This document shows positions 20,619 to 30,455 of a stretch of DNA of 64,000 nucleotides, one piece after another. The notes under the pieces were generated by a model. The model was not told the origin of the DNA, did no database searches, and saw only the letters and a program-made list of their open reading frames with translations. The stretch is from an uncultured Pseudomonadota bacterium. Its GTDB lineage: Bacteria; Desulfobacterota; Binatia; Binatales; Binataceae. A program made the position numbers and the translations under genes. The stretch covers positions 3,137,497 to 3,201,496 of the forward strand of contig CAVWXK010000001.1 of assembly GCA_963759165.1 (NCBI GenBank), given 5' to 3'. How positions within the stretch are numbered: the first letter of the stretch is position 1; each line of letters begins with the position of its first letter.

Positions 20619-21506
20619 ATGCACGTTCCACCGCAAATTAAAGTCGGACCTTTCACGATCGCGCTGCTGACCGACGGGTTGTGGCGCAATGACGGCGGAT
20701 GCATGTTCGGCGTGGTGCCGCGCGAGCTATGGCAGCGCAACCATCCGCCCGACGAACACAATCGTATCCGCCTCAATCTCACCTGCCCGCTGATCATTAA
20801 GGGCAACGACGCGGTGCTGATCGATACCGGGATCGGCAATCGGCTAAGCCCGGTCGAGCGGAAGATTTTTTCCCATGGCGAGGGCTGGCTTCCCGACGGC
20901 TTGCGCGCGCTCGGGATGGAGCCCGGCGACATCACCCACGTCGTGCTGTCGCATCTGCACTTCGACCATTGCGGCGGCGTGGTGCGGCGCAAACCGTCGG
21001 GACGGTCTCGAAGCGGCGTTCCCCCGCGCCCGCCATTTCGTGCAACAGCGGCGAACTCGAAATCGCGCGCGGGTCGCGACAACGAACGGCTGCGCGCCGC
21101 CTATCGTCACGTCGAGGAATGCCTGGAGCCGATCGCCGGCCTGCTCGAACCGATCGCCGGCACCACCGAGGTGATACCCGGGGTCGAAGCGATCGGTCAC
21201 CGGCGGCCACACCACCGACCATCAGATTGCGATGGTCCGGGCGGATGGCGAGTGCTTTGCCCATCTGGCGGATATCGTGCCGACTCGTTCGCACATGAAG
21301 GGCCCGTGGAATCAGGCCTACGATCTCGATCCGCTAAAGACCATGAAGAGAAGTCCCGCTACCTGAATCGCGCGATTGGCGAGCATTGGTGGATCTCGTT
21401 CGCGCATGACGACCGGGTTCTCACCGCGCACGTCACCAACGATCGCGGCACGATGACGCTGAGCGATATTGTCGAATGCCGCCTGTCAGATCCTGAAATA
21501 GAATAA
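20619..21506 (+). pseudogene. MBL-fold metallo-hydrolase with about five internal frame switches
   Basis: HLHFDHCGG metal motif is in the nominal frame. The homologous-looking path then runs through other frames: RDGLEAAFPRARHFVQQR, then ELEIARGS, then NERLRAAYRHVEECLEP..EAI, then VTGGHTTDHQIAMVRADGECFAHLADIVPTRSHMKGPWNQAYDLDPLKTM, then EEKSRYLNRAIGEHWWISFAHD. Switches lie near 20993, 21050, 21081, 21195 and 21345. Confidence 0.7.
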
Positions 21507-21766
21507 TTCTGCCATTAGCGCGTCTAACCAGCGAGGTTGGCGTTGCGGGCAGCGTGAGCGTGATCAGCGCGGCAGTCCTATGGTTGCGGCGTTCGATTTT
21601 TCAATACCTGCGGCAGACGCGTCGAAAATTTCAACTTGATTGAGCAATGCGGGCTCCGTTATGATCATGCCGGGGTGTGCGTCAATTGAGCACGGCTCGA
21701 CCGGCACGAACCAGCTCTTGTCGCTCCTGCCAGCCCGTGCCGCCAACGGCAATAAGGAGTTAGCTA

Positions 21767-23702
21767 ATGACCGAAGGCAACGCATTCGAGCGGGTTATCA
21801 AAGAGGATCGCGCCTCGCGTGAATCGAAGCAGTGGAACGGAACTTTTCTCGACTACCTGGAGAAAGTAAAAGCCGATCCGACCGTCACCAAGCTCTCGCA
21901 CGCCCGGATCTGCGATCTGATTATTTCCACCGGAGTGCGGGACATCCAGAGCAGCGACGACGTCCGCACCAAGCGGCTCTATAAGGATGAGCCGATAAAG
22001 GTGTACAGCTTCTTCGCCGACGAGTTTTTCGGTATCGAGCGCACCATCGCGCAACTGGTGCGCTACTTTCACTCCGCTTCGCTCAAGGGCGAGGAGAGCC
22101 GTCAGGTGCTCTACCTGATGGGCCCGGTGGGATCGGGAAAGAGTTCGCTGGTCGAACGCGTCCAGCGCGGACTGGAACAGGCCGGGATGGTCTACGCGAT
22201 CGAGGGCTGCCCGATGCACGAGGAACCGCTGCATCTGATCCCCCGCCATCTGCGCAAGGAATTCGAGAAGATGCTGGGGGTGCATATCGAGGGCGATCTC
22301 TGCCCGGTATGCCGCTACCGGCTCAAGGAAGAATACGGCCAGCGATACGAAGAGTTCCCAGTGGAGACGCGAAGCTTCTCCAAGCGCAACCGGATCGGCA
22401 TCGGCGTGGTGCCGCCGGTCGATCCCAATAACCAGGACACCTCGGTCCTGATCGGCTCGGAAGACATTTCCAAGCTCGACCAATACTCGGAAGGCGATCC
22501 GCGGGTGCTGGAGCTAAACGGCGCGCTCAACGTCGGCAATCGCGGCCTGGTCGAGTTCATCGAGGTTTTCAAGAACGAGACCGAGTATCTGCACGCGATG
22601 ATCACGGCGACCCAGGAGAAAGTCATCCCGGCTCCCGGCCGCCACGGCATGGTCTACGTCGATACCTGCATCCTCGCGCACTCCAACGAGGCCGAGTGGC
22701 AGAAGTTCAAGGCCGATCACACCAACGAAGCGATCCTGGACCGGATCGTCGTGGTGAAGGTGCCTTACAACCTGCGGCTGTCGGAAGAGGTCAAGATCTA
22801 TCAGAAGATCATCCGCAACTCGGACTTCCGCGCCCACGTCGCTCCGCACACGCTCGAGATGGCCTCGATGTTCGCGATCCTGTCGCGGCTGGAGCCGACC
22901 TCGAAGTGCGACCTAATGACCAAGCTGAAGCTTTACAACGGCGAGGAAGTGATCGAAAAGGGCCGCACCAAGAAGATCGACGTGCAGGAGCTGCAAGGAG
23001 GACACCAAACGCGAAGGGATGTCGGGAATCTCCACGCGCTTCATCATGAAGGCGCTCGACAACGCGCTCTCCGACAACGTGCTCGGCAACTGCATCAATC
23101 CGATCAACGTGCGCGAGGCGCTGATCGCGATGACCAAGGAAGCCGACCTGCCTGACGATGCCCGCAAGCAGTACCTGGAATTTCTGCAGGACATACTCCA
23201 CAAGGAGTATCTCGAGCTGCTGGAGAAGGAGATTACCCGGGCCTTCGTGTACTCCTACCAGGAGCAGGCCGAGTCGCTGTTCCAGAACTATCTCGACCAC
23301 GCCGAAGCGTACGTCAACAAGACCAAGGTCCGCGATCGCAACACCAAGGAAGAGCTGTCGCCCGACGAGGGGTTCCTGAAATCGATCGAGGAGCAGATCG
23401 CGATAATCGGGTCCGCCGCCGAGGGTTTCCGCCAGGAAGTGATCGCGTATCTGTGGTCGTCATCGCGGCGCGGCGAGAAGATCAGCTACAAGAGCTACGA
23501 GCCGCTCAAGGAGGCGATCGAGAAGAAGCTGATGACCTCGGTGCGCGACATCTCGCGGATCATCACCAAGGCCCGCACCCGCGACGAGGAGCAGAGCGAG
23601 AAGTACGGCGCGATGGTCAAAAATCTGCTCGAGAACGGGTACTGCGAGTCATGCGTGGACGTGGTGCTGAAATACGCCGCGAACAATCTGTGGAAGGATT
23701 GA
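21767..23702 (+). CDS. prkA: PrkA-family serine protein kinase, frame broken near 22997
   Basis: Walker A GPVGSGKSS and PrkA-typical blocks (NRGLVEFIEVFK, ILAHSNEAEW). The C-terminal third (REGMSGISTRFIMKALDNA..) is in ORF 23019-23702. Junction ctg caa [g] gag gac. Confidence 0.85.
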
Positions 23703-23726
23703 GGAGGAAAAGAACTGACTCCGGAT

Positions 23727-23766
23727 CTCCCTCTCCCTGACCAGGGAGAGGGTTGGGGAGAGGGTG
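23727..23766. repeat. REP-like palindromic element (family 2): ccctctccctgaccagggagaggg plus G-rich tail
   Basis: Palindrome at 23729-23752. Inverted partner at 24138-24177. Other copies at 37520-37554 and 43934-43973. Confidence 0.8.
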
Positions 23767-24249
23767 CGGTTAGCTCATCAGAGATGTCTCACGGTGCCCA
23801 CCAGCCCACATCATCGCGCTCGCTCACTGCGCCGAGCGCAAACCGATGCCGAGAGAAGGCTATGGATGCATTTACGCGCGGGACGGCTCGAAGGTCTGAA
23901 ATTCCGCCGCCAGTTTCCGATCGGCACTTTGATCGCGGACTTCTGCTGCAAAGAGCAGCGGCTGGTTATCGAGATCGACGGCGGGCATCACGCGGAGCAA
24001 TACGATGCCGATTCTCTCCGAGAAGCGGCCCTGTTCACGCGCGGCTATCGAGTGATGCGTTTCTGGAACAATGAGGTGTTGAGCAACATCGAAGGCGTGA
24101 TCGAGCGGATTCGGGAACATTGTGCTCCCGTGAGGCGCCCTCACCCCTGCCCTCTCCCTGGTCAGGGAGAGGGAGAGCAGCGGCGAGACGTGCAGCCCAG
24201 GGAACGAATCGCTTCGCGGCGATCCTTCGCTTCGCTCAGGATGACGTAA
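23764..24249 (+). CDS. DUF559 endonuclease-domain protein (Vsr-like fold)
   Basis: ARSLRRAQTDAERRLW..LKFRRQFPIG..ADFCC..VIEIDGGHH..GYRVMRFWNNEV. The C-terminal ~45 codons are read through the two repeat elements. Inserted between prkA and yeaH. Confidence 0.75.
   Translation: MRLAHQRCLTVPTSPHHRARSLRRAQTDAERRLWMHLRAGRLEGLKFRRQFPIGTLIADFCCKEQRLVIEIDGGHHAEQYDADSLREAALFTRGYRVMRFWNNEVLSNIEGVIERIREHCAPVRRPHPCPLPGQGEGEQRRDVQPRERIASRRSFASLRMT
24138..24177. repeat. REP-like palindromic element (family 2), inverted relative to 23727-23766
   Basis: ccctctccctggtcagggagaggg at 24150-24173, preceded by ccctcacccctg. Confidence 0.8.
24208..24245. repeat. family-1 38-nt element, exact reverse complement of 4288-4325
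   Basis: atcgcttcgcggcgatccttcgcttcgctcaggatgac. Compared base by base with the hypF copy. Confidence 0.85.
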
Positions 24250-24265
24250 CAAAGGGCTCTCCCCC

Positions 24266-25464
24266 ATGCCTACCATCGACACCATCTTCCGCGAGTACCG
24301 CCCCTCCGATGCCGAGCGTTCAGACCGTTCCGCCGGCGACCGACTGCGCCATCGGCAGAAGGTGCGCGAATCGATCCGCGAGAATATCGCCGACATCATC
24401 GCCGAAGAATCGATAATCGGCAAAGACAAGGACCGCGTGATCAAGGTGCCGCTGCGCGGCATCAAGGAGTATCGCTTCGTTTACGGCGACAACGCTCCGG
24501 GCGTGGGCGAAGGCGACGGCAACTCGCAGCCCGGACAGGTGGTCGGTAAGGCGGGCAAAGAAGGGCCGGGAAAGGGCGAGGATCAGCGCCGGCGATCGCC
24601 CCGGCGTGGATTATTACGAGACCGACGTCACGCTCGAAGAACTCATCGAGATCATGTTCGAGGACCTCGAATTGCCCCACATGGAGCGCCGCGCGCTGCG
24701 CGAGATCGAGGCCGAGCGCACCAGCAAGCGCAAAGGCTATCGCAAGGTCGGCATCCGCGTGCGTCTGGACAAGCGCCGCACCGCCAAGCAGCGCATCATG
24801 CGCAAGCTCGCCAGCCATCACGACGAGCTGCGTGGAGACCGGGGCCGAAAAGAACGAGCGCTTCCCGTTTCACGACGACGATCTGAAGTATCGCCATATC
24901 GAGGCCGAGATGCGCCGCGAGTCCAACGCGGTCGTGATGTGCATCATGGACACCTCCGGCTCGATGGACACGATGAAGAAGTATCTCGCCCGCAGCTTCT
25001 TCTTTCTGCTCTTCCAGTTCATCTCGACCAAGTACCGCAACGTCGAGATCGTCTTCATCGCCCATCACACCGAGGCCCGCGAGGTGACCGAGGAGGAGTT
25101 CTTCCACAAGGGCGAATCGGGCGGCACGTTTATTTCTTCGGGCTATCAGAAGGCGCTCGATATCGTCGCCGAGCGCTATCATCCGTCGCTGTGGAACATT
25201 TACGCCTTCCACTGCTCGGACGGCGACAACTTCGATTCCGACAATCCTGCCGCGCTGCGCAGCGCGAAGGAGTTGGCGGAGATCAGCAATCTGTTCGGCT
25301 ACGGCGAGATCAAGCCGCTGGGCTCGCGCTACTATGAATCCTCGATGCTGAACGTGTTCCGCCGACTCGACGCGCCGAACTTCCAGACCGTCCTGATCGA
25401 GCGCAAGGAAGACATCTGGCCATCGTTCAAGGCGTTCCTCGCCAAGGAGCGCCCCAAGGAGTGA
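24266..25464 (+). CDS. YeaH/DUF444 family protein (vWA-like), two frame breaks
   Basis: Three consecutive frames carry the homologous path: 24266-~24585, then ~24585-~24830 (DYYETDVTLEELIEIMFEDLELPHM), then 24832-25464 (FPFHDDDLKYR, MDTSGSM MIDAS-like, HHTEAREV). Confidence 0.8.
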
Positions 25465-26931
25465 TGATGCGGCCGGACGGCCCAAGGGACGAACCATGGC
25501 TAATTACGAACTCGAGCGAACTGGTCGAATGGGACGTCGAAAATCCGCGAAAAGGTCGCGGAGTTCGGGCTCGATTGTTTCCCGCAGGAGTTCGAGCTCT
25601 GCGATCACACCGGGATGCTGGGCTACATGGCGTACTCCGGGATGCCGTCGCACTATCCGCACTGGTCCTACGGCAAGGCCTACGAGAAGCTGAAGACGCT
25701 GTACGATCACGGCGTCAGCGGCCTGCCGTACGAGATGGTGATCAACTCGAATCCGGCGCTCGCCTACCTGATGCGCGACAACACGCTGCTGCTCCAGATC
25801 CTGACCATCGCGCACGTATACGGCCACAACGATTTTTTCAAAAACAACTTCACCTATCGCATCACCCGCGCCGAATTCACGATCGAGTTGTTCAAGGCTC
25901 ACGCCCTGCGGATACGCCGCTACGTCGAGGACCCGTCGATCGGAATCGAAAAGGTCGAGCGCATCCTCGACGCCGCCCACGCGCTCTCGCTGAATTGCCG
26001 GCGCAACCTGGCGATTCGCAAGCTCGAGCCAGGAGGAGCAGGTCGAGCGCGCGCTCGAAGCCGCGCAGCCCAAGCCCGATCCCTATCAAGAAGATCCACA
26101 GCGCGCCAGCCCTTCAAGGAGCCGAACATCCACAAGGTGCCGCTAAATCCCGAAGAGGACCTGCTGCTCTTCATCCGCGATCACAACCCGTTCCTGTCCG
26201 AATGGGAGAAGGACCTGCTCACGATCGTCGACGAGGAGGCCAAGTACTTCATCCCGATGATCGAGACCAAGATCATGAATGAGGGATGGGCGAGCTACTG
26301 GCATAAGCGGATTCTCGAATCGCTCGGCCTCGATCAGGGGCTGCATCTGGAGTTCATCGTGCGCCACAACCAGGTGGTGCGGCCGATCCCCGGCCAGATC
26401 AATCCCTACCATCTCGGCCTCAGGATCTGGGAAGACCTGCATCGGCGCTACACCAATCCCACCGCCGAGGAAATCAAGCGCGACGGCCCGCCCAACAAGT
26501 CCGGCGACGAAAAGATTTTCGAGGCGCGCGAAGTCGAGCGCGACAGCTCCTTCATTCGCCGCTATCTGACCGAGGAGCTGATGCGCGAGATGGACATGTT
26601 CCAGTACGAGGCGCGCGGCGAAGACCTGGTGGTCAGCAAGGTCTCGGACGAGGAAGGATGGCGTGAGGTCAAGGAGATGCTGATCAAGAACGTGGGCGTC
26701 AGCGGCATCCCGGTGATCAAGATCGAGGACGCCGACTTCGGCCAGAACCGCACGCTCTACCTGCGCCACTATCACGACGGGCGCGACCTCCATCTCGAAT
26801 ACGCCGAGAAAACCATGGCCTACCTGCAGCGGCTGTGGGGGCGCGAGATCGTTCTGGAAACCATCCTCCAGGGCAAGCGCTCGATGCTTGGTTACAACGA
26901 CCGCGGCTTCTCAAGCCGGGCGGTGAAGTAA
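25461..26931 (+). CDS. SpoVR/YcgB family protein, one to three frame breaks
   Basis: GMPSHYPHWSYGK, AHVYGHNDFFKNN and IMNEGWASYWH motifs in ORF 25615-26931. The N-terminal SELVEWD is in another frame (break ~25540). The Arg/Ala-rich stretch at 26030-26110 reads as QEEQVERALEAAQPKPDPYQEDPQRASP in the +1 frame. The start overlaps the yeaH stop. Confidence 0.8.
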
Positions 26932-26986
26932 CCACCGCCCGTAGCCGGACGAGGCCCTCGCGATCATCGCCTGCGGACCCCTCCCG

Positions 26987-27098
26987 GTCATCCTGAACGA
27001 AGTGAAGGATCTCGCGCGGTCCTCCGCGCGCCAAAGTCCGGGCCCAAGCCTGACGCCCGGAAGACCGGGCGAGATCCTTCGCTGGCGCTCAGGATGAC
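26987..27098. repeat. family-1 inverted pair forming a long hairpin
   Basis: gtcatcctgaacgaagtgaaggatctcg (26987-27014) and cgagatccttcgctggcgctcaggatgac (27070-27098) are imperfect reverse complements about 55 nt apart. Confidence 0.7.
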
Positions 27099-27267
27099 GG
27101 GGTACGGCTTTCGCTCCACGTTTTGTACCTGAAGCGCCCCCCGCGTGGCGCGGTCGGAGCCAAGGCTGTATCGAAAGGCGCTGAACCCTAAAGCGCGAGC
27201 GTAACGCCTCGGCGGATAAGTTCCCGCCGAATCAAGCAAACTGAAAACTCGCCGACACCAATCGTCT

Positions 27268-27283
27268 TGGCACGGCCGGTGCA
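27268..27283 (+). promoter_or_regulatory. candidate sigma-54 (-24/-12) promoter
   Basis: TGGCACGgccgGTGCA versus consensus TGGCACG-N4-TTGCW, with GG-N10-GC spacing exact. Lies ~165 nt upstream of the DUF362 start. Two sigma-54 activators are encoded in the window. Confidence 0.55.
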
Positions 27284-27450
27284 CGCCTCTTCGTGTTTCC
27301 GAAGCGGGAACCTCCGATGAGGTGGCGTCTGAGCACGGCGTTTAGGATCGCGTCCTCCCCGGGCGTGAGGAACGGGGTGCTTGTTCCGATTATCCCGGAG
27401 ACCGCGCGGCCTTTGACCCAATATCGCAAGAAAGAAAAGGAGGAACGCTG

Positions 27451-28949
27451 ATGCCGTGGAAAGATGGTTTTCGCCGGGCGCCGGGGGGCGATTTTAGAAA
27501 CGAACCGATACCTGTTTCCAGCAACGCCTGGGAACAGAATTCGGTGCCTTTTCTGGACCGGCCGCGGCTCTCCGAGGAAGAAAAGAGCGAGGTAGCGATC
27601 ATCCGGGCCTTTTCGTACAGCCAGGCGGAGACGGCGGTGCGGGAAGCGATCGACCTGCTCGGCGGCGTGGGGAGGATCTGCAAGAAGGGGCAGAAGGTGT
27701 TGATCAAGCCCAACAACGTCTTTGGGCTCGATCCCAAGATGCAGGACACGACCCATCCGGCGGTCGTTTACGCCCTGGTCAAGATTCTGAAGGAGACCGG
27801 CGCTAGCGTGAGTATCGGCGAGTCCACCGGATGGGGATTCGACGCCGACGACGCGTTTGCGGTCAATCAGATCGGAAAGGCCGCCAGGGACGCCGGCGCC
27901 GACAATGTGTTCAACTGGAAAAAGGAAAAGCTGATTCCGGTTGATGTGCCCGACGGCCGCTCCTTCGGGACCATCAACCTGCCCAAGTCGGTCGTCGATT
28001 GCGACGTCTTCTGCGACATCTCGAAGTTCAAGAACAACCTGGTTTTCGACAACCGCGGGATGACGATCGCGTGCAAGAGCATGTGCGGGATGATCGTCGA
28101 ACTGGACAAGCGCCTCCAGATCCATCGCACGCCCATCGATATGGCGATGGGATGCACCGACGTGCTCAAGACCATCATCCACAAGTACAAGCTCTGCCTG
28201 GTCGACGCGATTTACGGGATGGAGGGCATCATCCATGCCGGCCCGACCATCAATCCCGGCCTGATAATCGCCTCGCACGATCCGGTCGCGGCCGAAGGCG
28301 TCGCGCATCATATCGCCGGCTATCATTGTCTGGAGTCGCCTACCGTGCAGGTCATGATGAAGGCCGGGCTCGGGACCGGAGACTTGTCCGAGATTCGCGT
28401 GCTCGGCGCCCGCCTGCAAGACGTCCTCTATCCGGTACAGCGATGGATGCCGCGCTACGTGCAGAAGTACTCCAACGTCCACGAGTATATCGGCGGAGGA
28501 ATCTGCAATGCCTGCATCTGGGCGGCTATGACGACGCCTCCCAACGTCGACCCCGACAAAAATACGCGGTGGTGTCGGGAACCAGGGCGCTGGTCGGAAA
28601 GCCTCTGGAGGGATACGACGAAGCGTGGCTGGTCGGTAAGTGCGCCTGCTATCCGTCCCATCAGTTCAAGGGCTACATGGAAAAAATCAAGGCGGCCAAA
28701 AAGATCGTCAAGCTTGACGATTGTCCCGGCTGCGACTCCCTGTACAAGGGGAACTTCGGCGGGGCCTACGAGGACGAATGGGTGCCGATTGGCCTGGATA
28801 TGTGCGTCTCCGCGAGCCTGCCCGCATGCACGCGAAGCAGCCTTTACGGAGAGATGATGGACCGGCGCGAAGGTAAGGCGAACGGCAAATCGGCGAAGGC
28901 AGTACCTCCGGCTCCGGTGCGGCTCGCCAAGGGAGGACGCGGGCACTAA
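27451..28949 (+). CDS. DUF362-domain protein with Cys-rich C-terminal region, frame broken at the A-run 28558-28562
   Basis: RBS aaaggagga lies before ATG 27451. KKGQKVLIKPN..THPAVV DUF362-like core. ..GGGICNACIWAAMTTPPNVDPDK continues as KYAVVSGTRALVGKP..CACYP..DDCPGCD in ORF 27999-28949 if the run is A6 instead of A5. Confidence 0.65.
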
Positions 28950-29096
28950 CGATAGAAAACAGCCGTTGGATGCGCTAACCGGATGCTATCCGGGGGCCGG
29001 AAAAGGCTTGAAATTCGTCGTTGATTTAAAAACCGCCGTTGGATATTTTGGGTGGGCGGGCCGACGTGCCTGGTCGGCGCAAGGAGGACGTGGGCG

Positions 29097-29279
29097 ATGG
29101 AGTTGCCGAAGTGCCAGAAGTGCAACAACGGCGCACTGATTCCGCTTTCGGATTACGGTCAGGAAGGCTCTTCGGTAATTTTCAAGGCGTGGGTCTGCAC
29201 CAATCCTGATTGCGGTTTCAGTCTGCGGGTCGACAAGGGCGAAGTTACCTACGGCAAACGGATCGAGACCAAGCACTGA
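29097..29279 (+). CDS. small zinc-ribbon protein (60 aa)
   Basis: CQKC..(34 aa)..CTNPDC four-Cys arrangement. RBS aaggagga at 29081-29088. Followed by a strong intrinsic terminator. Confidence 0.6.
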   Translation: MELPKCQKCNNGALIPLSDYGQEGSSVIFKAWVCTNPDCGFSLRVDKGEVTYGKRIETKH

Positions 29280-29310
29280 TCACTGAGCCCTGATTTCAGA
29301 GAGCGATTTG

Positions 29311-29341
29311 AAAAGGCGGTCATCGAGACCGCCTTTTTTTC
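29311..29341 (+). terminator. rho-independent terminator
   Basis: Stem ggcggtc (29315-21) / gaccgcc (29327-33), loop atcga, then T7 (29334-40). Confidence 0.8.
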
Positions 29342-29567
29342 TTCTCTGAAGAAGTTCTGTCTCGCTAAGGAAATGTGCCTCTCCCCTTCCACTTCATTCC
29401 ACGGAGGATAGGGGTCAGGTTATCCTTTCCGGGTCTTGCCACTATCCCGAACGAAGTGAGCGCTTTGACCGTCGGCATGGAATGCCGCGCGCCGTGGCAG
29501 CGCCGCGGCGGGCGTGTTAGGTAGAAAACCCTATCAAGGGTTTGTCGCGCAGGAGGCCGGAGCGCGT

Positions 29568-30350
29568 ATGTCACCTCAGGATCGCCCGACGAGCGAAGAG
29601 ACATGGCGGAGACTTCTGATCGAAGGCCATCAGCCGCTGCTCAAGGCTCACCGGATATTTCGCCATCTGCCCAGCCCTCCGCGCTGCAAGCTTTGCCATA
29701 ACCCTTTCGGTGGAATCGGCGGCAAGCTGGTGGCGCTGTGGGGATTCACGCCGTCGCGCAAGAATCCCAATCTGTGCGCGAAATGCTGCGACGGGCTTCC
29801 TCCCGGCGGACTCGAAGTGGATATCGCGGTGCTGTTCGCCGACGTGCGCGGCTCGACCGCGCTCGGCGAGCAGCTCGCGCCCACGGCTTTCGCCGCCCTG
29901 CTGAATCGCTTTTACCACGCCGCCTCCGAGACGCTGATCCGCTATGACGCGATTATCGACAAGCTGATCGGCGACGAGGTGATGGCGCTGTTCATCCCCG
30001 GGTTCTGCGGCCCCGAGTATCGACGCCGCGCCGCCGAGGCCTCGGTCGCGCTGCTCAAGGCCCTGGGCTACGGGCAGTCCGCCGGGCCGTGGCTGCCGAT
30101 CGGATGTGCGGTGAATGCCGGCGTCGCGTACGTGGGCAACGTCGGTGGCGAGGGGACGGTCGACTTCACCGCGCTCGGCGACGTGGTAAACACGGCGGCG
30201 CGGATGCAGTCGAATGCCGCGGTCGGCGAGGTTGTGCTGAGCGAGCCGGTCTACGCCGCCGTCGCCGACCAATTCCCGGATGCGGAATCCCGCACGCTGA
30301 CGCTACGCGGCAAGGAAGCGCCGGTAGCAGTGCGCGTTTTGCGCTGCTGA
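29568..30350 (+). CDS. class III adenylate/guanylate cyclase with N-terminal Cys4 zinc-ribbon-like segment
   Basis: CKLCHNPF..CAKCC, then cyclase motifs IAVLFADVRGST and IDKLIGDEVMALF, and NTAARMQ. RBS aggagg at 29551-56. Confidence 0.8.
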   Translation: MSPQDRPTSEETWRRLLIEGHQPLLKAHRIFRHLPSPPRCKLCHNPFGGIGGKLVALWGFTPSRKNPNLCAKCCDGLPPGGLEVDIAVLFADVRGSTALGEQLAPTAFAALLNRFYHAASETLIRYDAIIDKLIGDEVMALFIPGFCGPEYRRRAAEASVALLKALGYGQSAGPWLPIGCAVNAGVAYVGNVGGEGTVDFTALGDVVNTAARMQSNAAVGEVVLSEPVYAAVADQFPDAESRTLTLRGKEAPVAVRVLRC

Positions 30351-30386
30351 TGGCGTCTCTGGGCCACGCTCGAGCATCTTTTACGG

Positions 30387-30423
30387 GCGGGCGACCGGGG
30401 TCGAACCGGCCACGTCCAGCTTG
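30387..30423. repeat. 37-nt direct repeat of the tRNA-Gly 3' half (att-like), 36/37 identical to 31394-31430
   Basis: gcgggcgaccggggtcgaaccggcCacgtccagcttg versus the tRNA gcgggcgaccggggtcgaaccggcAacgtccagcttg. Covers the acceptor 3' strand, T arm, variable loop and anticodon stem 3' strand. No 5' half is present, so this is not a gene. Confidence 0.85.
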
Positions 30424-30455
30424 TTTGGCGTCGGTCTCCATCGCCCGCATAGCCC

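Noticed and set aside
21703-21720. GGCACG..GC motif upstream of prkA as a sigma-54 promoter
   Set aside because: GG-to-GC spacing is one nt short (N9 rather than N10) and the -12 element is CAGC.
27232-28482. 416-aa minus-strand ORF
   Set aside because: It is antisense to the DUF362 gene, has low-complexity Arg/Asp/His composition and lacks start context.
30387-30423. Possible second tRNA gene
   Set aside because: Only the 3' half (anticodon-stem 3' strand to acceptor 3' strand) is present, with no D arm or 5' acceptor strand. Interpreted as an att-type repeat.
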